NCBI GenBank assembly: GCA_017626815.1
Contig: JAGAHY010000140.1
Span: 404 to 64,403, forward strand
From: Bacilli bacterium
Lineage (GTDB): Bacteria; Bacillota_I; Bacilli_A; RFN20; CAG-826
Direction: 5' to 3'
Length of the DNA: 64,000 bases
Every line of letters begins with the position of its first letter. The first letter of the stretch is position 1. The notes under the pieces were generated by a model, which was not told the origin of the DNA, did not search any database, and saw only the letters and a list, made by a program, of their open reading frames with translations. Positions 49,733 through 57,353 of the stretch are shown here, in pieces. Both the position numbers and the translations under genes were made by a program.

Positions 49733-49973
49733 ACCCGGCTTGCAAGAAGCGGATTAATTCACTGGTCCAAAACGCTCTCGGGTTTATTGAGACTTTATCG
49801 CTGGCTGAGATAAAAAACACCCTCCTTGTTTTGAGGTTATATTTTATTAATACACCATCAACAATCTCAAAAACTTGGTTACCTTTTTCTTGTAGATTAG
49901 CGCCACAATTAGAACAAAAGTTCGAACCGAGTGTATTCTGCTTACCGCAGTTTGGACAAAACTTTAAAGCCAT
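49629..49973 (-). CDS. Zinc-ribbon domain protein
   Basis: MALKFCPNCGKQNTLGSNFCSNCGANL is a canonical zinc ribbon. The C-terminal part overlaps 49286-49732, so one of the two calls may be wrong there. Confidence 0.4.
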   Translation of the reverse strand: MALKFCPNCGKQNTLGSNFCSNCGANLQEKGNQVFEIVDGVLIKYNLKTRRVFFISASDKVSINPRAFWTSELIRFLQAGFNRTKKPFLDVLPFPSHLRLKEVAALYFAMIRIL

Positions 49974-50084
49974 ACAATAACCCCCTTAAAATTTATATCA
50001 CTCAACAAATAAACCGGAAGGTCACCGACCAACAGATAACGTTTCTCGACTATCTAGATTAATAATTATTTTCCTGAACTTATT

Positions 50085-50093
50085 TGATACAAT
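50085..50093 (+). promoter_or_regulatory. Extended -10 element TGaTACAAT upstream of P2
   Basis: 23 nt before the ATG at 50117, with an AGGAG RBS in between. Confidence 0.35.
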
Positions 50094-50116
50094 GAAAAAA
50101 ACAGGAGTTCACTAAA

Positions 50117-50413
50117 ATGAAAGAAGAGTTATTTAAAGCCCTAAGCGAAGAGCAAATGGCTAAATTAAAAGATTGTAATAATGTTGAAGAATTACTCGCT
50201 CTTGCTAAACAAGAAGGCATTGAACTTACTGATGATCAACTCGAAGCTGTCAATGGCGGTTGTGGTACTACTACAGGGTATTGGGGATGCCCTTACTGTG
50301 GTTATCGTTGGGGCGCCGAGAGTATAGGGTACCCCCGCCTTAGATGCTTTGGCTGTGGCCGTGAATATAACGCCAATGATAGAAAATATTTTCAAATCAA
50401 TAAGAATAAATAA
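50117..50413 (+). CDS. RiPP-type precursor peptide P2 (Nif11-like leader, GG, zinc-ribbon-like core)
   Basis: Leader MKEELFKALSEEQMAKLKDCNNVEELLALAKQEGIELTDDQLEAVNGG. Core CGTTTGYWGCPYCGYRWGAESIGYPRLRCFGCGREYNANDRKYFQINKNK. Confidence 0.7.
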   Translation: MKEELFKALSEEQMAKLKDCNNVEELLALAKQEGIELTDDQLEAVNGGCGTTTGYWGCPYCGYRWGAESIGYPRLRCFGCGREYNANDRKYFQINKNK

Positions 50414-50484
50414 TTCGTCAAAAAGATACCTATATAAGCAATAGATATGCTTGCTAAATGATAATGATCGGAGTGAACAACTAT

Positions 50485-50751
50485 ATGAGAGATGAATTAT
50501 TAAAAGGCTTAACCGAAGAGCAAATAAAGAAATTAAAAGAATGCAAAACACAAGAAGAAATCATAAGTCTCGCGAAAGAGGAAGGCGTTGAATTAACTGA
50601 TGAACAATTAGCGTCCATCTCTGGCGGAGGATGCAGAGGTGGCAGATGTCCTAAATGCGGTAGCGATTATACTTGCTGCTACGGTATTGGCAAATATGAA
50701 TGTAGTAAATGCCAATATCACTGGGGAGAGGATGAATACATCCCAAATTAA
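50485..50751 (+). CDS. RiPP-type precursor peptide P3
   Basis: Start at MRDELLKGL; the ORF-track start at 50458 is upstream of it. Leader …LTEEQIKKLKECKTQEEIISLAKEEGVELTDEQLASISGGG. Core CRGGRCPKCGSDYTCCYGIGKYECSKCQYHWGEDEYIPN. Confidence 0.7.
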   Translation: MRDELLKGLTEEQIKKLKECKTQEEIISLAKEEGVELTDEQLASISGGGCRGGRCPKCGSDYTCCYGIGKYECSKCQYHWGEDEYIPN

Positions 50752-51018
50752 TTTCTATTAGGTATTGTTTTATCATGATGAATTCTATGTCTATGATTTA
50801 GGATTTCAGCAAAAACAAAAAAACTCTTAACAGATTTAGCTGATAAACAATTTAAACAAGCAAGGCTTTGAAAAAAGACCGGAACTGAAAAAACAGCGAA
50901 TTGTCTATCAATAAATTAAAAAGATAATAAAAACCACCGTTTAAAGAGGAAAAACCGAAAAACCTCACAAATACCGAGTATTTATCGATAACTATGAATC
51001 GAATATTATAATGATTTC

Positions 51019-51336
51019 ATGGATGACAAAATAGAGTATCAAATTTTTATCGGATGCCATGACCAATATTTTAATAATGAATATGTGACGAGCAAAGAAC
51101 TCAAAGAATTGATTGTTGAGTTTTTTGCTAGGCGAGAAGTTGATTTTTCATTGTTTTATGCGCAAGGTGGCTATTTATATGAGGATGGAAATTTTCAAAT
51201 TGAGAATTCTGTTTGTGTCAACATTATCGGCGCGGATGAAGGGGAGATTTTCCAATTAGCGAAAAACCTCTCAATGTATATGAGCCAAGAAAGCTCATTG
51301 ATCATTAAAAACCCTATTAAAATAGAACTTTTGTAA
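51019..51336 (+). CDS. Small AT-rich protein, tandem paralog 1 (unknown; candidate immunity or accessory protein)
   Basis: 105 aa. Shares a Y.IFIG…FSL….GGY…E.S…II..DE.EI pattern with the next ORF. Confidence 0.45.
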   Translation: MDDKIEYQIFIGCHDQYFNNEYVTSKELKELIVEFFARREVDFSLFYAQGGYLYEDGNFQIENSVCVNIIGADEGEIFQLAKNLSMYMSQESSLIIKNPIKIELL

Positions 51337-51346
51337 GGATTTTGTT

Positions 51347-51670
51347 ATGCTCAAAAAAGGTTTTAAATACGAAATATTTATTGGTGTTAAAGATAAGGAT
51401 ACTTATTTAGAAACTTTAAGCATTGATGAAGTTAAAGATATCCTTAAAGAAGTGTGCAAAGATAAAGAAATCAACTTTTCCCTGTTAACACAAGACGGGG
51501 GTTATAAACATCATAAAGGCTATACAACCGAGACCAGTTTAAGAGTCATTATCATCGATATTGATGAAAAAGAAATTATCTCCTTGGTGGATATCTTAAA
51601 AAGAAGAATTAACACCGACACTATCATGGTCACAAAGACTGAAATTGAGTATTGTTTTTCGTTTTGGTGA
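51347..51670 (+). CDS. Small AT-rich protein, tandem paralog 2
   Basis: 107 aa. Paralogous to 51019-51336. Confidence 0.45.
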   Translation: MLKKGFKYEIFIGVKDKDTYLETLSIDEVKDILKEVCKDKEINFSLLTQDGGYKHHKGYTTETSLRVIIIDIDEKEIISLVDILKRRINTDTIMVTKTEIEYCFSFW

Positions 51671-51896
51671 TAATTTTATAAATCATGCCAACTGACAAAC
51701 TAAATGCAAGTTTTTAGGCGCGACCCGCGTTCAGTCCGACAAACGGCCCCCTTCTAATGCCGTTGACATGTGAACACCCTCGACGCCATTGAAAGAAGAT
51801 TTCCGAACGCATTCATCTTTATGCCGACTTAACACTTTTTACAAGGTTGACTAGCGCAAAAAGCCAATGTAAGACTTTCTTACCAAGGAGTATTTT

Positions 51897-52154
51897 ATGC
51901 CAGTCCAAGTAATCACGATGTCTACTAAAGGCCAAATAGTCTTGCCAAGAGAGATGAGGGAAGCGCTCTCTCTCGAAGCGGGTTCGAAGCTTGCTGTTTT
52001 CTGCGAGGACGGCGCAATTGTGCTCAAACCGCTTTCCGTCCCTTCTGCCGACGATTTCCGCGAATCCTTAAAAAAAGCGCAGGCATGGGCCATCGATAAC
52101 GGTTATTCGGAAAGTGATGTAAAGGACATCATCAAAGAGGCCCGGAAGAAATAA
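51897..52154 (+). CDS. AbrB/MazE/SpoVT-family antitoxin
   Basis: 85 aa. Swapped-hairpin motif MSTKGQIVLPREMREALSLEAGSKL. Confidence 0.7.
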   Translation: MPVQVITMSTKGQIVLPREMREALSLEAGSKLAVFCEDGAIVLKPLSVPSADDFRESLKKAQAWAIDNGYSESDVKDIIKEARKK

Positions 52155-52548
52155 AGGTTGTCGTTGACACGAACGTTTTTATTTCCGGCGTGTTTTTCGG
52201 AGGGAAGCCGCAAAGGGTTTTGGAGAAAACCGTCGACGGCGAGGTATGCGGGCTGTGCAGCGTCGAGATCCTGAACGAATACCGAGGAATCGTTAAACGA
52301 ATGGTTGAGAAGAAGGGCGGCACCCTTGACTCCGTTTTCTAAACCCCTTCTATTTGAAGCTGCAATTTGTTGCAGTCTCCACCGTTGTCAAAGAATGTAG
52401 AGACCCAGGCGACGACAAATTCCTTGCCTGTGCGCTGGACGGGGCAGCCTATTATGTAGTTAGCGGCGATTCAGATCTTCTGAGCATGCGCGAATACAAA
52501 GGAATCAAGATAGTTACAGCCAACGAGTTTTTGGAGTTGCTTAAATAA
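52151..52548 (+). pseudogene. PIN-family toxin split by a frameshift near 52330-52350 (N-terminal part …VVVDTNVFISGVFFGGKPQRVLE…; C-terminal part = ORF 52354-52548 …CRDPGDDKFLACALDGAAYYVVSGDSDLL…KGIKIVTANEFLELLK)
   Basis: The two halves are in different frames. The N-terminal part has no ATG and overlaps the antitoxin stop. Confidence 0.5.
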
Positions 52549-52727
52549 CACAAAGGCGGGGCTTTGAACCGCTGAAGAAGATATCCGCCCGCCTCTTTTG
52601 AGAGGTTGCCGATCAAATCAAAGGGCTCGATTACTCGCAATCCAACAATGATTTAAGGTGGTCTAACACCCCAACCAAGAAGTTTCGCCGCCATTGTGAG
52701 GAGGCCTTATTGTGCTTCCCTTATGTT

Positions 52728-52834
52728 CCGGTTCCGGTTTCAACTTCTTGGCTTTATGTTCCAACTGCCTACACAGGGCAGATCGAGACTGCTGCAATGT
52801 TAAGTTTGAGAGAGCCGCAAAAGTAGGCTTGCCG
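52728..52834. repeat. Repeat family A, copy 3 (diverged; contains CTTATGTTCC twice)
   Basis: ctacacagggcagatcgagactgctgcaatgttaagtttgagagagccgcaaaagtaggcttgccg versus 26521-26580. Confidence 0.5.
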
Positions 52835-53292
52835 TCAAAACTTTTTGGAAATGTCGCTTTTTGGAACGAAGGCAAGTTTTATTGATTTGATTCGCGAATG
52901 GAATTTGGGCATAGGTAAGTAAGAGCCGTTTCCCCGCTTTCGTCGCCCGATTACGCACACAAAAGCAGTAGGGGGCGTAAAACGCGGGTTTTGCAAGTAT
53001 GTACGAGCAAAACATATTCACACCAATGAATCTGTGGCCCAGGATTGACTTGGCAAACAATCCGACTAAAACCTAATTGAATTCGAAAAAAGTCAGAAAG
53101 GAGCGTTTTGACGATGTATATTACACGCGCATAAAACCACATTTTTTGATAGGCGACGAGAAATCTATCATATGAAGGTATGCTTCATTAGGAAATTGAA
53201 AAATACGGTTTCCGCTTGTGACCAAAAAGGAAACAAGAAAATAAGAGGGGATTATGGTGAGAGGGTCCTTAATGCGACTTCGCGTTAGTCTT

Positions 53293-53508
53293 CTACAACC
53301 CATTGTGCCCGTAACTCAGGCATTCGTATTCCTTCACCCAATCGGCTCTTGGGATGCGACACGTATTGGCGCTTTGACAATGGGGGCATGGAGGGAGTTA
53401 GGCCTGGCAATTGCCACCAGAGACGGCCTCCAGTTGATCGTCGTTAAGCTCGACACCTTCTTCTTTGGCGACCATCAAGATTTCTTCCTGGCTTTTGTTT
53501 GGTTTGCT
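53293..53508 (-). pseudogene. Decayed precursor-peptide paralog P5 (…SKPNKSQEEILMVAKEEGVELNDDQLEAVSGGNCQA*LPPCPHCQSANTCRIP…)
   Basis: Leader second half plus GG plus a CPxC core, with an in-frame TAA after the first core residues. The first half of the leader is missing. Confidence 0.5.
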
Positions 53509-53661
53509 TTATCCTGCCTCAGGAATGTAGGGATAAGGCTTGCGTCACCTTATTGTCCTGTCGAAGATTGGCAAAAAGCGCCGCTAAAGATTTCTTCGCC
53601 CCTTATTCGTATCATTGGGCGATTTAACCATAATCGGCATGGGATTTGCCGCTGAAATTCG

Positions 53662-53687
53662 AAAAAAGCCATCCGATAAAGGATGGC
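53662..53687 (-). terminator. Intrinsic terminator downstream of P4 (gccatcc…ggatggc stem plus U-run on the minus strand)
   Basis: 7-bp stem, 6-nt loop, 6 T on the coding strand. Confidence 0.5.
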
Positions 53688-53737
53688 AAAATTGTTGGAT
53701 TTTAGAAATTTTAATGGGCTTTTGCGGGTTGAAGCGA

Positions 53738-54013
53738 TCAGGATATGACGCCTTTGGCCCTTCTGAATTTATGGCCGCAGTGGGGGCAGGTGTAGTTGTA
53801 ATAATCGTCGCAGCTGCTGCCGTCGATTTTTTGCCCGCAGTTGGGGCAATCGATGTCGTTGAGGCAGTTGCCGCCGGAGACGGCTTCTAATTGCTCGCTA
53901 GTAAGCTCGACGCCTTCTTCCTTTGCAATTCTGAGGAGTTCATCCTGATTATTGCAGGCTTTGACTTTCGCGATTTGTTCTTGGGTCAGCCCATGTAGTA
54001 ATTCTTCTTTCAT
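53738..54013 (-). CDS. RiPP-type precursor peptide P4
   Basis: Leader MKEELLHGLTQEQIAKVKACNNQDELLRIAKEEGVELTSEQLEAVSGG. Core NCLNDIDCPNCGQKIDGSSCDDYYNYTCPHCGHKFRRAKGVIS. AAGGAG RBS 8 nt upstream. Confidence 0.7.
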   Translation of the reverse strand: MKEELLHGLTQEQIAKVKACNNQDELLRIAKEEGVELTSEQLEAVSGGNCLNDIDCPNCGQKIDGSSCDDYYNYTCPHCGHKFRRAKGVIS

Positions 54014-54064
54014 GGTGGTTCTCCTTTTCAGTTTCAGTATATCAAGAGAACATTGGGCGCAAAA

Positions 54065-54472
54065 TCAAATTTTCTTCTTCAGCGTCAGGATGTTTTTATT
54101 GTCTACGCGGCAATAAGTGGTCTCGTCCATGACGTTTTTGACGATGAAGATACCAAGCCCGCCGATTTGGCGGCTTTCTGCGGGAAGAGCAATATTGGGG
54201 TCTTCTTTCGCTAAGGGATCAAACGCTTTGCCGCTATCGGCGATGATGATCGTCAAAAGACGGGTTTCCTCATCGAAGTCATAATCGATTTCGATGTCAC
54301 CCGTGCCCGGTTCATAGGCATAGGAAGCGATGTTGGTATAGAGCTCGTCTAGGGCCAACTCGATCTTGTTGAGCAACTTAAAGTCGGCGTCGTGGTCTTC
54401 CAGCAGGGCAATGATGGGCTCGATGCCTTTGGCGATGACTTTTTTATCCGCGGGAATGACGATATGTTTCAT
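54065..54472 (-). CDS. RsbW/SpoIIAB-like anti-sigma factor / serine kinase (HATPase_c)
   Basis: 135 aa. G-box GGLGIFIVKNVMDE. 4-nt overlap with the upstream phosphatase gene. Confidence 0.7.
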   Translation of the reverse strand: MKHIVIPADKKVIAKGIEPIIALLEDHDADFKLLNKIELALDELYTNIASYAYEPGTGDIEIDYDFDEETRLLTIIIADSGKAFDPLAKEDPNIALPAESRQIGGLGIFIVKNVMDETTYCRVDNKNILTLKKKI

Positions 54473-56016
54473 TGTTCTTCACACCCCCTGTATTCCAAGC
54501 ACAGCATCGTGATGTCGTCGAATTGGTCGTTGGTTCCCATAAAGACCTTTAATTCGTCCAACATGCTTTTGCAAATGACTTCCGGAGTTTCATATTCGTA
54601 TCTTTGCAAGGCTTTTAAGGCGCGTTCTAGCTGATATTGGCCGTCGTTACCGACGCATTCTGGGACACCGTCGGTATATACAAAGACCTTGGAGCCCTTT
54701 TCTAATTGGATTTGGTATTCGCGGTAAGGGACCCCATCCATAAAGCCGACGACCAAGTCGTGTTTATCTTTATAGATCTCGAAATTGGCGCCCGCCCCTT
54801 TGATGATCGGATATTCGTGGCCGCCATTCGCGGCGGTTAATAGGCCGGTTTTTAAGTCTAACGTGGCAAACCACACCGTGACGAAGAGACGGTGCTGATG
54901 GTTGGCGCATAGCTGTTTGTTTGCTTTATAGAGGACTTCTTTCGGCGAAAGCCCCATCATGGCGTAGTTTTGCAGGATGATTTTGCTTTGCATCATGAAC
55001 AAAGCGGAAGGGACGCCCTTATCGGAGACGTCGGCGATGACGATGCCGAGGTGGTCTTTGTCGATGAGAAAGAAGTCGTAGAAGTCACCGCCGACTTCTT
55101 TGGCGGGGTGCGTCAGCGCATAGATATCGAATTCTTTATGGTCGGGGAAGGCCGGGAATTTGTTGGGCAAGGCGTCCATTTGGATGCTGGTGGCGAGATT
55201 TAGTTCTTTGCTTTTGGAATAGAGGAGTTTTTCGTTGTCGTAGGACAGCAAAGAATAAACCAGCACCAAGGCGATCATCATGCCAGGATAGGAGACGGAG
55301 AGGCCTTCTTCTCCCCAAGCGGCGAGAAGGCCAAACACGGGGATGCCAAGGAAGACGACGACGACGATCTTGTTGCGCAACTTCTGCTTGGAGATGAATA
55401 ACGAGACAATCGCAACGATGAAAATCAGCGTCATATAGATGTCGCCGATCCAATAGGTCTCGGAAGCGACGGGGAATCCGGTTTCGAGATCGATGGTGAA
55501 ATAGAGGGGGTAGAAGAAATTGACGAACGACAGAAGGGCGAAAATCACGCCCAAGGCAAACAGGATGATATCTAAGACGGCAGCGACTTTCCTTTTGGTG
55601 CTTAGCGTGTGGGAGATGTAGAGCCAATAGCCGAAGCCGAACACTATTTCCGCGAGGTACACCAAGATGACCATGATGCGGCTTAGGGTGGCCAGGCCGT
55701 TTCCGGCAATGCACATCTTTGAGATGTCCACAAAGCACAAGAAGCAACCTATGGTCAGCAAGATGACGAACATTTCGACGCGAACGCCTTGCCTTTTATA
55801 AGCGGGAAGGAGGGTGGCGACGATGACGATCGCGATCATGATAGTGACGATCTCCGCGCCGATGGAAAAACCGAAGTTCGCTTCGGTGTAGTCAAAGATT
55901 TCAATGATGGCGACGGCCCCGACCAAGAACGCGCACATTAAGCCGAACATGACGGGAATCAGCCATGGTCTTTTGCTGATTGCTTCAACAGTATTATTTT
56001 GTTTTTCCATAACCAA
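54469..56016 (-). CDS. Membrane-bound PP2C-type serine phosphatase (RsbU/SpoIIE family) with an N-terminal ~8-TM sensor region
   Basis: 515 aa. PPM motifs GGDFYDF, IADVSDKGVPSALFM, YTDGVPE, DDITML. Confidence 0.8.
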   Translation of the reverse strand: MVMEKQNNTVEAISKRPWLIPVMFGLMCAFLVGAVAIIEIFDYTEANFGFSIGAEIVTIMIAIVIVATLLPAYKRQGVRVEMFVILLTIGCFLCFVDISKMCIAGNGLATLSRIMVILVYLAEIVFGFGYWLYISHTLSTKRKVAAVLDIILFALGVIFALLSFVNFFYPLYFTIDLETGFPVASETYWIGDIYMTLIFIVAIVSLFISKQKLRNKIVVVVFLGIPVFGLLAAWGEEGLSVSYPGMMIALVLVYSLLSYDNEKLLYSKSKELNLATSIQMDALPNKFPAFPDHKEFDIYALTHPAKEVGGDFYDFFLIDKDHLGIVIADVSDKGVPSALFMMQSKIILQNYAMMGLSPKEVLYKANKQLCANHQHRLFVTVWFATLDLKTGLLTAANGGHEYPIIKGAGANFEIYKDKHDLVVGFMDGVPYREYQIQLEKGSKVFVYTDGVPECVGNDGQYQLERALKALQRYEYETPEVICKSMLDELKVFMGTNDQFDDITMLCLEYRGCEEQ

Positions 56017-56165
56017 ACGCCTCTATTTTTGAAAATATCGTGGCAGGCCAATCCCCTTTTAGGCCGCGAATAGATCCGTGTTGGCCCTTATTTTAACAAA
56101 GCCGCCCTGCGAAAAACCATATCTTCTTATGTATTCGCGCGGGCGTTTATGTTACCTTATGTTCC

Positions 56166-57341
56166 ATGACGGACAAAGAGACCCTCACCTTGATGTGGAA
56201 GGACTACGAAGTGCTTTCCTTCGAGGTGAATTACGAAAAATATGGCCTTCAGTTCTTGGAAGAGAAAGAGCATTTTGATAAAGCCCCCTATGACTTGGCA
56301 AAGGCAAAAGACAAACGCCTTGGCCTACTTCGCTTTTTCGGCAGTAGGGCGATTCCCTCCATGCGCAGCGGTTTCCAAGCCATCATGGATGCGACGCATT
56401 GCCGCAATGAATTGGAACTATCGTTTAAAGGGCATGGGCTCTCCCTCTCCAGTCATTATTGGATCAAACGGGAAGGGGAGAATCTCCGCTATGAGGACAT
56501 CAATTTTTTTACCCACCAATGGGATGATTCTTTCGGCAGGGCTCTCCTGCGCGGTGACTATGAGGCGCTAGGGGGATGCGATTTCAATGTCCCTGACATC
56601 ACCACCCCGGGATGGGGAAACAAAGGCTGGCTCTATGAAGACGGGCCTAAGCTTTATAAGCGCGGCTTAGATCCCGAGCATTCCGAAGAGGCGATATGTG
56701 AAGTCTTAGCGTCAAGCATCGCGAGCAGGATCATCCCTGGCGGCGAAGTCCTTCCCTACGAACTAAGGAAATTCGACGGGAAGTATGTTTCGGTTTCTTC
56801 CTGTTTCCTCGGAATGGACGAGGAATTGGTCCCCTTATCTTCTATTTTGTCCGCGGAGTTATCGGAGCTTTATCGGGAAAAGGCCAGGAACAAAGACCTG
56901 AATAAAGAATTTTTCGATAAGCTCGCCCAAACTGGCTACGCCGAGTGGTCGACGTTCTTCGTCAAGGTGGCGTGCTTACGTTCCCTGTGCTTTGTTTCCG
57001 ATTTGCATTTTGGCAACCTCTCCGCGATCCAAAACATGGAGACCGGAGCATTAAGGCTCGCCCCGATTTACGATTTCGGCGGCGCCTTTGGCTCTTCGGC
57101 GAAAGGGAGGCAATTCCTTGCTAACGCGAATAAAGCGGCCTTCTTGCTCATCTATTTCGTGTATGGGGACCTCAATCCCGATTGGGATTATTCGTGGTAT
57201 GATCCCAATCGGCTCATCGGCGCGGAAGAGGAGATCCGGGACTATTTATCCAAAACAGGTTTTTATACGCCAGAGTACATCGACTGTGCTCTTGACATCT
57301 TCAGGCGGCAGAAGAAAATGTTGGATGAAATGAAAAAATAA
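56166..57341 (+). CDS. Protein with a HipA_C-like kinase-fold signature (…SDLHFGNLSAI…LAPIYDFG…), function unknown
   Basis: 391 aa. The D-x-H-x-x-N-L-S and LAPxYD motifs resemble the HipA catalytic and Mg-binding loops. Ends 13 nt before radical-SAM maturase 2. Confidence 0.4.
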   Translation: MTDKETLTLMWKDYEVLSFEVNYEKYGLQFLEEKEHFDKAPYDLAKAKDKRLGLLRFFGSRAIPSMRSGFQAIMDATHCRNELELSFKGHGLSLSSHYWIKREGENLRYEDINFFTHQWDDSFGRALLRGDYEALGGCDFNVPDITTPGWGNKGWLYEDGPKLYKRGLDPEHSEEAICEVLASSIASRIIPGGEVLPYELRKFDGKYVSVSSCFLGMDEELVPLSSILSAELSELYREKARNKDLNKEFFDKLAQTGYAEWSTFFVKVACLRSLCFVSDLHFGNLSAIQNMETGALRLAPIYDFGGAFGSSAKGRQFLANANKAAFLLIYFVYGDLNPDWDYSWYDPNRLIGAEEEIRDYLSKTGFYTPEYIDCALDIFRRQKKMLDEMKK

Positions 57342-57353
57342 TGGAGTTTTGCT

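Noticed and set aside
53254-53890. ORFs 53254-53655 (+) and 53615-53890 (+)
   Set aside because: Antisense to the decayed precursor P5 and to P4 respectively. The Ala/Val-rich translation is typical of antisense to Cys/Gly-rich coding sequence.
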